Of a stretch of 64,000 nt of DNA, positions 13,875 through 26,999 are shown one piece after another. The position numbers and the translations under genes are program-made. The notes below the pieces were generated by a model. The model had not been told where the DNA came from. It searched no databases and was given only the letters and a program-made list of their open reading frames with translations. Source of the DNA: Octopus sinensis (lineage: Eukaryota); NCBI RefSeq assembly GCF_006345805.1, contig NC_043014.1:11718001-11782000 (forward strand), written 5' to 3'. The number at the start of each line of letters is the position of its first letter. Position 1 is the stretch's first letter.

Positions 13875-14093
13875 CAGTGCCTTTCAAACTTTTTGCTGGA
13901 GCGGAACCCCAAGGAAACATTCCACTGGCTCGAGGAACCCCTGTGCAATAATTTAATAGTCTTATGCACACATATCTGCACAGGAGAATTAAAAATTACT
14001 GCCGATTTTAGCAGTTTTGTTACTTCTTGCAGAACCCCTGGACTGTACTGGCGGAACCCTAAGGTTCCACGGAACCCTGGTTGAAAACCACTG
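13875..14093. mobile_element. hAT (Charlie-like) MITE with perfect 8-bp TSD
   Basis: TIRs cagtgcctttcaa / ttgaaaaccactg. TSD atgtatac at 13867-13874 and 14094-14101. Internal ggaaccc repeats. Confidence 0.9.
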
Positions 14094-14773
14094 ATGTATA
14101 CAGTTATTTTATGTTCACCGTTTATGTATCTATATCAGGAATATTTGGCAATAGAACCAGGATCCCTATATTCGACGTAAAAAGAAAAACACCAACCCAA
14201 GAATACAATTACATTTCACTAGAATATTGTTTGCGTCATCAAAGCATCTGACCACTCAAGGTTTCGTGTGGAACCGGATCTGACTATAATTTCAACTTCG
14301 GCGCGCTCTTTCTGAAGCAAACCATCCCTTTATGTTCAGTACATTTTAGCCACTACCATCAACAGACGGTGAATGGTAGGCTTCGGATCGGCCACAGAAC
14401 ATAACAATCATCAGACAGTAGCAAAATTAGCAGCTGGCCAGAGTGCTGCGACAACACAAAAACAATGGATAGACGGTAACCGCAACGCACAATGACCAGC
14501 GAACATCACTACAACAACTGCTTTCATACCTAGTCCAGAAACTATTAGTTTCGAACTATCTGGTTGTTTGTCGTTAGTAGTAATAACACTTTTTGTTTAC
14601 GATAAAAATAAACACTTTTTACTCAAAAATCTCAAACGGATTTCAATGTTCTTTTATCGTAACATATCCGTGTATACCTATTTCTTTATTACCCACAAGG
14701 GGCTAAACACAGAGGGGACAAACAAGGACAGACAAACGTATTAAGTCGATTACATCGACCCCAGTGCGTAACT

Positions 14774-15877
14774 GGTACCTAATTTATCGACCCCGAAAGG
14801 ATGAATGGCAAAGTCGACCTCGGCGGAATTTGAACTCACAACGTAACGCAGAGAGTTCAAATTCCGCCGAGGTCGACTTTGCCTTTCATCCGTGTATACC
14901 ATTTTTGTATATGGAACCTAATTTATCGACCCCGAAAGGATGAATGGCAAAGTCGACCTCGGCGGAATTTGAACTCACAAACGCAGAGAGTTCAAATTCC
15001 GTCGAGGTCGACTTTGCCTTTCATCCGTGTATACCATTTTTGTATATGGTACCTAATTTATCGACCCCGAAAGGATGAAAGGCAAAGTCGACCTCGGCGG
15101 AATTTGAACTCACAACGTAACGCAGAGAGTTCAAATTCCGCGAGGTCGACTTTGCCTTTCATCCGTGTATACCATTTTTGTATATGGTACCTAATTTATC
15201 GACCCCGAAAGGATGAAAGGCAAAGTCGACCTCGCGGAATTTGAACTCACAACGTAACGCAGAGAGTTCAAATTCCGCCGAGGTCGACTTTGCCTTTCAT
15301 CCGTGTATACCATTTTTGTATATGGTACCTAATTTATCGACCCCGAAAGGATGAAAGGCAAAGTCGACCTCGGCGGAATTTGAACTCACAACGTAACGCA
15401 GAGAGTTCAAATTCCGCCGAGGTCGACTTTGCCTTTCATCCGTGTATACCATTTTTGTATATGGTACCTAATTTATCGACCCCGAAAGGATGAAAGGCAA
15501 AGTCGACCTCGGCGGAATTTGAACTCACAACGTAACGCAGAGAGTTCAAATTCCGCCGAGGTCGACTTTGCCTTTCATCCGTGTATACCATTTTTGTATA
15601 TGGTACCTAATTTATCGACCCCGAAAGGATGAAAGGCAAAGTCGACCTCGGCGGAATTTGAACTCACAACGTAACGCAGAGAGTTCAAATTCCGCCGAGG
15701 TCGACTTTGCCTTTCATCCGTGTATACCATTTTTGTATATGGTACCTAATTTATCGACCCCGAAAGGATGAAAGGCAAAGTCGACCTCGGCGGAATTTGA
15801 ACTCACAACGTAACGCAGAGAGTTCAAATTCCGCCGAGGTCGACTTGCCTTTCATCCGTGTATACCATTTTTGTATA
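14774..15877. repeat. Tandem array of 8 x ~139-bp units, each with a 39-bp inverted repeat (15-nt loop) derived from SINE family A
   Basis: Unit starts at 14774, 14913, 15048, 15186, 15324, 15463, 15602 and 15741. Consensus: ggatgaaaggcaaagtcgacctcggcggaatttgaactc-acaacgtaacgcaga-gagttcaaattccgccgaggtcgactttgcctttcatcc plus a 46-nt linker. Confidence 0.95.
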
Positions 15878-16799
15878 CGTCACATATGTGTGTATTGATA
15901 TAAACATATAAATTGACTTCCTGCTTTGTAATTGCGTTGTTTGTAAGTACGTCATTGTGTTTGTTGATAATTTGGGTTTGGTTACTTCATCTCACCATAC
16001 GGGTATATAGCGAATTTTTTAATATGGCATTTCTTTCGGCTCATTGCGTTCTGAGTTCAAATTTTGCCTTTCATCCTTTTGATTTACTCTTTACTCTCTT
16101 TTACTCTTTTACTTGTATCAGTCATTTGACTGCGGCCATGCTGGAACACCGCCTTTAGTCGAGCAAATCGATCCCCGGATTTATTCTTTGTAAGCCTAGT
16201 ACTTATTCTATCGGTCATTTTGCCGAACCGCTAAATGACGGGGACGCAAACACACCAGCATCGACACACACACACACACACACACATATATACGACTGGC
16301 TTCTTTCAGTTTCCGTCTAGCAAATCCACTCACAAGGCTTTGGTCGGCCCGAGGCTATAGTAGAAGACACTTGCCCAAGGTACCACACAGTGGGACTGAA
16401 CCCGGAACCATGTGGTTCGTAAGCAAGCTACTTACCACACAGCCACTCCTGCGCCTTTCGTTAAAATAAAGTACCAGTTGCGAACTGGTGCCGATGTAAT
16501 CGATTAAATCCTCCTCCCAGAACTAATCGCCTTGTATCAAAATTTGAAAGAATTATAAGGTGAATAGTACAAATGCGGGGGAGCTGGTGGTATCGTTAGC
16601 AGGTTGAACAAAAATTCATAGCGGCATTTCTTCATGAAATACGTTCTGAGTTCAAATGACGCCGAGGTCAACTTTACCTTTCGTTCTTTTGGTGGGAGGG
16701 GTGGTGAGTAAAATAAAATACCAGTCAAATATTGGAGTTGATGCAATCGATATGCCCTTCTCTTCAAAATTGATGATCTTGTGCCAAAATTAGAAATAA

Positions 16800-18103
16800 T
16801 CTTTCCTAATCGAGGCACAAGGCCCGAAATTTTGGGAGAGAGGGCCAGTCGATTGGCTTGACTCCAGTAAACAACTGGTACTTAATTTTTCGACCACGAA
16901 AGACAAAGTCGACCTTGACGGAATTTGAACTCAGAACATAAAGATAGATGAAATACCTATTTCTTTACTGCCCACAAGGGGCTAAACCTAGAGGGGACAA
17001 ACAAGGACAGACAAACGGATTAAGTCGATTACATCAACCCCAGTGCGTAACTGGTACTTAATTTATCGACTCCGAAAGGATGAAAGGCAAAGTCGACCTC
17101 GGCGGAATTTGAACTCAGAACGTAACGGCAGACGAAATACCTATTTCTTTATTACCCACAAGGGGCTAAACACAGAGAGGACAAACAAAGACAGACAAAC
17201 GAATTAAGTCGATTACATCGACCCAGTGCGTAACTGGTACTTAATTTATCGACCCCGAAAGGATGAAAGGCAAAGTCGACCTCGGCGGAATTTGAACTCA
17301 GAACGTAACGGCAGACGAAATACCACTCAGCATTTCGCCTGGCGTGCTAACGTTTCTGCCAGTTCCACTTACAATACGTGTCACCTAGAATGAGTCAGAC
17401 ATACTTTTTTAATAGATTTTTTCCTTTCTTTGTTCTAATGAAATCCTGTCGTAATTGATTTACAATACGGTTGCAATTGTAATGTAATAATGCAATTGTT
17501 AATGTAATGAAATAATGTGCAATGGCTACAAAGTTAAATGTTATGAATGTGGAAACGAAGAGGATCGTATGGCACATGTATAATAGGGAAAAAAAATCAT
17601 ATTTAAAAGAAATTACATTTATTTATTAGAAGACTATTATTGGTAAGGGAATTAGGCATTTAGTGGAAGTAACTTTGGTAAGTATGGCTCTTATTTCTTT
17701 ATTGCCCACAAGGGGCTAAACATAGAGGGGACAAACAAGGACAGACAAACCGATTAAGTCGATTAGATCGACTCCAGTGCGTAACTGGTACTTAATTTAT
17801 TGACCCTGAAAGAATGAAGGGCAAAGTCGACCTCGGCGGAATTTGAACTCAGAACGTAACGGCAGACGAAATACATATTTCTTTACTACCCACAAGGGGC
17901 TAAACACAGAGGGAACAAACAAGGACAGACAAATGGATTAAGTCGATTATATCGACCCCAGTGCGTAACTGGTACTTATTTAATCGACTCCGAAAGGATG
18001 AAAGGCAAAGTCGACCTCGGTGGAATTTGAACTCAGAACGTAACGGCAGACGAATTACCGGTAAGCATTTCGCCCGGCATGCTAACGTTTCTGCCAGCTC
18101 GCC
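16800..18103 (-). mobile_element. SINE family A tandem multimers (trimer ~16800-17365, dimer ~17690-18103)
   Basis: Repeated body aagtcgacctcggcggaatttgaactcagaacgtaacggcagacgaaatac joined directly to the tail tatttcttta(c/t)tacccacaagggg of the next copy. Confidence 0.85.
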
Positions 18104-19166
18104 TGGTTAGTATGACTCTTGTCGACCGCAATAAGGGTACGCCTGCATCTCGGTAAGAATATAAGGAGTTTGTTACTTTTAAAAAATACTGCAGACGTTT
18201 TGCTAACAAGGCAATGTTGAATTTCGCTTTTAAATTTTTTTTTTCAAAATAAATAAATAAATAAATAAATAAATAAATTTTCTCTTTATTAAAAATAATA
18301 ATATGAATATGGCTAAATTTCAGAACTATTAACTATTAAGCTCTTCTGTTCAATTTTTCAAAAATATTTAAGAGAAAAAGGGAATATGTTCGAAGCATTA
18401 AGTTATACTCTAGGTTTTGGTTCCTGCTGCTGTTTATCTTCCCAAATGTCCCGACGGAAATAAACTTATGCTGCACGCCTCTGATATTTATCATAGTAAA
18501 AACAAAGTTCCTTCACAACATAATCTGACACTATACTCAAAGAATGGTACAGCTGGGTATTGACTGGAGGCCTCTGCGATAAGAGAAAACATTTTCTTTT
18601 TCTTTGCTTTCTTCTGGTTTATCTTTCGTTTCCCCTTTATCATGTTTTATTTTTCTAAAACATACTAAGAGGAAGTTATCTTTTTCATTTCAGAAAAAAG
18701 TAAAAGAAAGAAAAAAAGTGTTAAAATTGCAAGCGCTGCTAAATAGATTTGAATACCAAGTGAACCAAGATAAATTCATTTGTTTCACCATTTTATGTCA
18801 CGCATTCTCACCACGAATCTATTTATTCGTTGAACTCAAGAGAATGCGAATATTTCGAGCTGTTTTCGATCAAAATGTCCATTAATTAGTCCACATCAGA
18901 CATTGAAAATATGATAGCAGAGTGTTACAATCCTCTAAAAATGGAATAACAAATATGCCAAAACGTAACAGAACAAGTAGTAATTGAAATATTAGACAAC
19001 TTTAGAGTCACGTTAAAGAAAATAGGTCAGAACATATTTTTTCCCTCTGCTAAATTACACCCAAGTTTCAAACTGTTTTCTATAAGATTATATCGGATTA
19101 AAATACTACTGGTTAGTTATATAGCTTGGCTTCACTGATTCAAATAACATTTACACCCAGGAGCAT

Positions 19167-19212
<46 letters not shown>

Positions 19213-19237
19213 TATATGATGTAAGTTTTATAAAGGA

Positions 19238-19450
19238 CTGTATTTGATGGCATAAAAGACGCACGGTCATATTTGGCACACCCTAATTCCAGCAGTGCAT
19301 ATACGGGAAAATTTTGTTAGTGCATAAAGCATATAATTTAGGCCCGACTTTGAATATAGGACCCGGGGGTGATGTTTTTTGAAGACATTTTTTTTTTTCT
19401 GATTGGATGGTGTTGATGGCGAAGTGCGTCTTATATGCCATCAAATACGG
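19238..19450. mobile_element. Tc1/pogo-like MITE
   Basis: TIRs ctgtatttgatggcataaaagacgcac / gtgcgtcttatatgccatcaaatacgg. Confidence 0.7.
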
Positions 19451-19774
19451 TGTATTACGTGGCTGTGTGGTAAGTAGCTTGTTTCCTAACCACATGCTTC
19501 CGGGTTCAGTCCCACTACATAGTACCTTGAGCGAGTGTCTTCTACTATAGCCTCAAGGCAACCCAAACCCTTGTGAATGGATTTGGTAGATGGAACCTGA
19601 AAAGAAGCCCGTCGTTTATATATATATATATATATATAATTAATTAATAAGGGTGAGAGAATTAGATACTAATTTAATAGTATATCTATTCAACACCAAG
19701 TGGCCTAGTGCTCCGAGAAACCTGGATTATTATAATATTTTATAATATATTATAATATTTTTACAAAATAATAT

Positions 19775-19867
<93 letters not shown>

Positions 19868-19881
19868 GTGTGTGTGTCCAT

Positions 19882-20220
19882 GTGAAGGTGCATGGCTCAG
19901 TGGTTAGCGCGTCGAGCTACGATCTTGAAGTTGTGAGTTCGAATCCCGGACCGGGCTGCGTGTTGTGTTCTTGAGCAAGACACTTTATTTCACGTTGCTC
20001 CATTTCACTCAGCTGTAGAAATGAGTTGCGACATTACAGGTGCCAAGCTCTATCGGCCCCTTTGCCTTTCCTTTGGTTAACACTAGTGGCATGTAGAGGG
20101 GAGGCCGGTATGCATGGGCGACTACTGGTCTTCCATAAACAACCTTGCCTGGACTTGTGCCTGGGAGGATAACTTTCTAGGTGCAATCCCATGGACAGTC
20201 ATGACCGAAGGGGGTCTCAT
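19882..20220 (+). mobile_element. tRNA-derived SINE family C (CORE/V-like central segment)
   Basis: GCATGGCTCAGTGGTTAG (A box), GAGTTCGAATCCC (B box), then gtgttcttgagcaagacact. Related copies lie at ~1-175 (-), 24177-24455 (+), 32555-32895 (-), 45526-45740 (+), 53143-53400 (+) and 53403-53790 (+). Confidence 0.75.
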
Positions 20221-20449
20221 CTCAGCTCAGTGTGTGTCCATCATCACTTGACATCCGATGTTGGTGTGTTTACGTCTCGTAACTTAGCGGTTCGGCAATA
20301 AGGCCTGGTGTCTATTTGTTCAATTAAAAACTTTTAAGGTGGTGCTCCAGCATGGCTGCAGTCTGAAACAACTAAAAGAATAAAAAGCAGGGCAAAAAAT
20401 ATTTCATATAGAACTTAATACCTTCGCCTAATGGTAAATATGCTTGTTA

Positions 20450-21445
20450 TTGGTCTCAAATTTTGTCACAAAGCCTGTAGTTTCGAGGAAGGAGATAAGT
20501 CGTTTACATCAACCCCCAGTACTCAACTGGTACTTATTTTATCGACTTGCGAAAGAATGAGGCAATGTCAACCCCAGCGGTATTTTACTTAAAAACTTAA
20601 AGACGGACGAAATGCCACTAAGCATTCTGTCCGACGCGCTAATGATTCTTTTCTACTGTAGGCATTAGGCCCAGAATTTTCGGGGAGTGGGGCCAGTCGA
20701 TTAGATCGATCCCACCACGCAACTGGTCCTTAATATATCGATCCTGAAAGAATGAAAGGCAAAGTCGACCTCGGCGGAATTTGAACTCAGAAAGTAAAGA
20801 CAGACGAAATACCTGTTTCTTTACTACCCACAAGGGGCTAAACACAGACAGGACAAACAAGGACAGGCAAACGGATTAAGTCGATTATATCGACCCCTGT
20901 GCGTAACTGGTACTTATTTAATCGACCCCGAAAGGATGAAAGGCAAAGTCGACCTCGGCAGAATTTGAACTTAGAACGTAGCGGCAGACGAAATGCCGCT
21001 AAACATTCTGTCCGGCGTGCTAATGATTCTGCCAGCTCGCGGCCTTAAGATATGCTTATTATTATACCAAAAGTTAATGGCGGTGAGCTGGCAGAATCGT
21101 TAGCAAGCCGGGCGAAATGTTTAGTGGCATTTCGGCACTGAGTTATTGAAGCGGAAATTTCGCCGAGTTCGACTTCGTCTTTCATTCTTTCGGGGTCGAT
21201 GAAATCGACTTAATCCGTGTGTCTGTCCTTGTTTGTCCCCTCTGTGTTTAGCTCCTTGTGGGTAGTAAAGAAATATGTATTTCGTCTATCGCTACGTTCT
21301 GAGTTCAAATTTCTCTGAGGCCGATTTGCCTTTCATCCTTTCGGGGTCGATAAATTAAGTTCCAGTAAGACTCTGGGTTCAATGTAATCGACTAGTCCAC
21401 TTCCACCAAATTTTAGGCTTTGTGCTTTTAGTAGAAAGAATTATT
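20450..21445. mobile_element. SINE family A cluster: minus-strand copies (~20450-21047) head-to-head with plus-strand copies (~21078-21445)
   Basis: gccagctcgcggcc ends at ~21044 and ggcggtgagctggc starts at ~21079. Confidence 0.85.
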
Positions 21446-22425
21446 ATATCGAAAGCGCAGGAGTTTGCTTACCAACCACATGGTTCCGGGTTCAGTCCCA
21501 CTGTGTGGCAACTTGGGCAAGTGTCTTCTACTATAGCCTCGGGCCGACCAAAGGCTTGAGAGTGGATTTGGTAGATGGAAACTGAAAGAAGCCCGTCGTA
21601 TACATGTATATGTATATATATGTGTGTCTGTGTTTGTCCCCTCAACATCGCTTGACAACCGATGCTGGTGTGTTTACGTCCCCGTAGTTTAGCGGTTCGG
21701 CAAAAGAGATCGATAAAATAAGTACTAGGCTTACAAAGAATAAGTCCCGAGATCGATTTGCTCAACTATAAAGGCGGTGCTCCAGCAAGGCCGCAGTCAA
21801 ATGACTGAAACAAATAAAAGAGTAAAAGAGTAAAAAGAGTCTAATTTGAGTTTCGCCCCGAGCCAAGCTGTTCATGATTGTGGAATAGAGTAAATTATTT
21901 GCAATTTACTCAAGGTTGTGTTGGTCTTGGATGTGTGTGTGTGTGTGGTGTGTGTGTGTGTGATAAGTGTCTTGGAAAACTAATTTAAAGATGAAGAGAT
22001 TTGAAGAAACTCTTGTGCAATGAATGTGTGGGAACAATTCTACAGCATTGTTCATGTTTGCGTTATTAATGGATTTAACTGAAGTTATTAGAGGAGGATT
22101 AAATTATTCCTTATCGTTTATCTTTTAATTGTTCTGCTCATTAAATAGCGACCATGCTGGGGCACCGCCTTGAAGGGTTTTAGTCGAACAATATAGGTTT
22201 GAAGTGTCTGGGCTTTGTGTAAATATTCAGAGATTAAATCTTAATTTTTAAAAATAAATTAGAGTAAGAAGTTAGGATTCTAAGAGAATCATGCTTGCCA
22301 GAAAAGGGTTTTGAGAAGGAAATAAAAATTTCCACTTTATTTTGTAGGAGTCATTATTTTTATTTAGGGACCAGATATATTGTCACAAGGAGGTATCATT
22401 TCTCCTATTGGCATCCGGAATGCTG

Positions 22426-22427
<2 letters not shown>

Positions 22428-22457
<30 letters not shown>

Positions 22458-22730
22458 TGTATGTATGTATGTATGTATGTATGTATGTATGTATGTATGC
22501 ATGCATGCATGTATGTATGAATGTATGTATGTATGTATGTATGTGTGTGTATGTATGTATGTATGTATAATGTATGCATGCATGCATGTATGTATGTATG
22601 TATGTATGTATGTATGTATGTATGTATGTATGTATGTATATATATGTATATGTATGTATGTATGTAGTATGTATGTATGTATGTATGTATGTATGTATGT
22701 ATGTATGTATGTATGTATGTATGTGTGTAT
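22428..22730. repeat. (TATG)n microsatellite
   Basis: Seen directly. Other long tracts: (TG)n 541-953, (TACA)n 1186-1632, (TA)n 9044-9322 and 9700-9930, (TACA/TA)n 34635-34925, (TATC)n 62327-62585. Confidence 0.98.
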
Positions 22731-23099
22731 GCGCGGGGACATAGAAATAATCGGACTGAATACCCGATCGCGCGGTTAAACCATTGGGAGTGAAGGACTC
22801 CTAGACTTTGTTAGGGCATTCTTCTAGGAGAAGGTAACTCAGGTAACTAGGATAACTCCGACATAAAACCTGCGGCTCAGTGGTTACCGATGATGTTGAC
22901 TTGTTCTTCTTTTCGGGTTATGGCTGCTGTTGCCTAGTGAGTGGGATTGACTCAGTGCACAGCCTTTCCTCACTTTTAAAAAAAAATCTTCTTGCACAGG
23001 CATTGCACGATAACAACATTGATTAAGCTTCGTGCAATGGCCATACTCGATAACTCCTCCACAATGTGAAAGTCTTACCAACGAATTTCTCAGACTATG

Positions 23100-23800
23100 A
23101 TAATAGAACTAAGTAAGCTGTGCACCATATAGGAAGCACTCGAAGTCCACCCAGGTCGAACTTCTATAAAGGTAACTGGAAATCGGTTCAAAGAGAGATC
23201 TTGAAACAAAATTGGCCCGAAAGCCTCTATAAGCTAAACAACGGCAGGAAACTTATAGAATCTATGTCAATAATGCAAGCCTTATGCATTGAATTTCTCC
23301 CAGAAGGAAGAGCAAATACACATGGAAAGAATGTTCCTAGAGTACTTACGAGAGTAAAAATAAGGCTGAGGATCTCGAATCGTTTAAGTAAATAGCTAAA
23401 TGGAGCGAGGAATCTCACTTAACTTGGCACTTTCAGAGATCGAAAATAAACTCGATCTCTCCGATGAAAAGCATGGGGTGTTAGTGGGAGAAAGAGAAAC
23501 CAGGGTTGTTGAAAATATATAAACGAACCTTAAGGTCTTTCAAAAATTTGCAAGATAATCCGCCTTAGCATGAGACGTGATAGGGCTACTGTTTGAAGAA
23601 AGCAGATCATCGACTGCTGAGTCAATGAGGATAAGTCAAAACCTAAATAAACAATTCCAAAGTATTTTCACTCGCCTGCGGGAGATATGCAAACAAATAA
23701 AACCTGATGAGTTCATAAACACTGAAGATCATCCATACAGGGAAGATGAAGCTATCGGTTACATTGACATAATATGTGAAGATCAGCTATTCATGAGATA
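23100..23800 (+). mobile_element. Highly degenerate LINE (CR1-like) internal fragment
   Basis: NFYKGNWKSVQREILKQNW- and LNKQFQSIFT-like segments resemble the CR1 endonuclease-RT linker. Many stops. Confidence 0.4.
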
Positions 23801-24725
23801 AACTTGAATTCAGTATCAGGTGTAAATGTGGAAATATTCAAAGTACATATTTTTACCTCACATTCAAGATGAGCGCACATCACGACAGGAAACGCAAAAG
23901 GAAAAAAGCGACATTCTTTTGGTCCTTCATTCACACTAACAAACGTGAGGAGAAGGCCGTCGTATTAATAATCGAAATGACGTATCAATAATCAAACCAT
24001 TAGCAGTGCCCCAGCATGGTCAGCGCGTCCAGCTGAAACAAATAATTGTTAAAAGTAATATTTTACAAACACACACACACACACACACACACACTCTCTC
24101 TCTCTCTCTCTCTCTCAAACACACACACATATATATACGTGTGAGTATACATACATACATACGTACATAAATACATGTGGAGGCACATGGCCTAGTGGTT
24201 AAAGCATCGGACTCGCGGTCGAGGGACCGAGCGATGTATGCGTTTATGAGCGAAACACCTAAGTTCCCTGCGGCTCCGGCAGAAGGCAATGGCGAACTTC
24301 TGCTGACTCTTTCGCCACAAATTTCTCTCACTCTTTCCTCCTGCATCTTGCAGCTCACCTGCGACGGATCGGCGTCCCGTCCAGGTGGGGGAACACATAC
24401 GCCAAGGAAACCGGGAAACCGGCCCTTATGGGCCAAGCATCGCTCGTGAAGGAACATACATACATGAAATCAAACAGTATTTAAGTAGACGCAAAATATA
24501 TTCAATTCTTGAACACGAGACTGTGAATATCTGGAAACGTCAAATCTCGATGGAGGAATGTTCGTGTTCCAAACGAGCCGTTGATATAAAGAAATCTAAG
24601 AAAATACGAAAAATCAAAAACAGAAAAAGAGAAAAAGAAAAACTTGAACACATCCGTGTATATATGTAAATCATATATATGTGTATGCACATGTGTTTGT
24701 GCGTGCATGTATATATATATATATG

Positions 24726-24766
<41 letters not shown>

Positions 24767-24919
24767 TGTGTGTGTGTGTTTATGTGTGTGTGTATCATTA
24801 AAGAAAATATGTGCATATATTGATGTTTTTATAAATGTATGTGCGTGTCTCAATATTTGTGGCGCGCACCCACATGCTTGTATGTATGTATGTATGTTGT
24901 ATGTGTGTGTGTGTGTATG

Positions 24920-25004
<85 letters not shown>

Positions 25005-25178
25005 GTATATATGGGGTTATATGGTAGATATATATGTGTGGATATTCAAGTGTCTGTTTCTTTTCCTCTTCCTATTTTAGAATTAAGTTTCACCGGCCAC
25101 CTGCTCAATAGCACGGATGCGAAGGAAGGCATCTTGTTTGTTCATTTCCCTTTAAATTTATATGAAGCTCTTGCAGAT

Positions 25179-25232
<54 letters not shown>

Positions 25233-25250
25233 ATATATTATATATATAAT

Positions 25251-25286
<36 letters not shown>

Positions 25287-25466
25287 CTATATATATATAT
25301 AGGCGCAGGAGTGGCGGGGGTGGCTGTGTGGTAGTAGCTGCTACCAACCACATGGTTCTGGGTTCAGTCCCACTGCGTGGCACTTTGGGCAAGTGTCTTC
25401 TACTATAGCCTCGGGCTGACAAAGCCTTGTGAGTGGATTTGGTAGACGGAAAACTGAAAGAAGCCC

Positions 25467-25546
<80 letters not shown>

Positions 25547-26222
25547 ATTTTTGTCTGTTGTCCCCCCAACATCGCTTGACAACCGATGCTGGTGTGTTTA
25601 CGTCCCCGTAACTTAGCGGTTCAGCAAAAGAGACCGATAGAATAAGTACTAGGTTTAGAAAGAATAAGTCCTGGGATCGATTTGGTCGACTAAAGGCGGT
25701 GCTCCAGCATGGCCACAGGCAAATGATTCAAACAATTAAAAGAGTAAGAGTATATATATATATATATATATATATATGGTGTGTGTGTGTGTGTGTGCGA
25801 GTATGTGTATGAATATACCACACACACACACACACACACACAGAAGTATACACCCATTGATACGTATATAAATACCTACACGCATGCATAGTTTATATGG
25901 CATGGAATTTAGATTCAAATCCCACACCAAACATGCATACATACATATATGTGTATGCACACATGTATAAGTGCCAGGCGCACACATACAGATGTTTGTC
26001 CATGTGTACTGTATACATCTATGTATTTGTATAAATTCTGAGAGCCTTAAAAGATTGTGGTAAAGATAAGGAGTATGTCGTAAGCGTATCAAGGGCTAAC
26101 ATCTGAACACAAGGCTGTTTTTATTTTTTAAGCCCTAAATGAAAACGGCAAGGAACGAAAGACAATATTCTAGCAAGGGAACAACCTAATTAATTCCCTC
26201 AGATAAAAATGTGTAGGCGTAG

Positions 26223-26262
<40 letters not shown>

Positions 26263-26403
26263 TTCAGAAGTTCGCTTTGAGACCGTGTGTTTTCGGGTTC
26301 AATTTTACTCTCCTACACCTTGGATAAATGTCTTTAACTCCAAGCCAAAGCCTCGTGAGTGAATTTGGTAGACGGGAAGTGTAATTTCGCGCGCGTGTGT
26401 CAA

Positions 26404-26438
<35 letters not shown>

Positions 26439-26999
26439 GGGAGGGAGAGAGAGAGGGAGGGAGAGAGTGTTAGTGTGTGTGCGTGTGTGTGTGTGTGTGT
26501 GACAGAGAGAGAGAGAGTGGGAGAGAGAGTGTGTGTGTGTGGCTCAGGCATGGCCGTGTGGCTGTGTGGTAAGGCGGTGAGCTGGCAGAAACTTGTCTCA
26601 GTCATTTGACTGCGGCCATGCTGGAGCACTGCCTTTAGTCGACCAAATCGACCCCCAGGACTTATTCTTTGTAAGCCTAGTACTTATTCTATTGGTCTCT
26701 TTTGCCAAACCGCTCAGTTACGGGGACGTAAACACACCAGCATTGGTTGTCAAGCGATGTTGCGGAGTGGGGGTGGACAAACATATACACACACATACAT
26801 ACATACATCCATACGACGGGCTTCTTTCAGTTTCCGTCTACCAAATCCACTCACAAGGCTTTGGTCGGCCCGAGGCTATAGTAGAAGACACCTGCCCAAG
26901 GTGCCACGCAGTGGGACTGAACCCGGAACCATGTGGTTGGAAAGCAAGTTACTTACCACACAGCCGCTCCTGCGCTCATATATTAACCAAAATTACATA

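Noticed and set aside
14774-15877. CRISPR-like appearance of the palindromic array, and the repeated 63-121 aa ORFs in it
   Set aside because: The linkers are identical rather than unique spacers, there are no cas genes, and the context is eukaryotic. The ORFs come from the 139-bp period.
19882-19960. tRNA gene calls at SINE heads (also ~24177, 45526, 53403)
   Set aside because: A and B boxes are present, but there is no complete cloverleaf and each head runs into a repeated SINE body.
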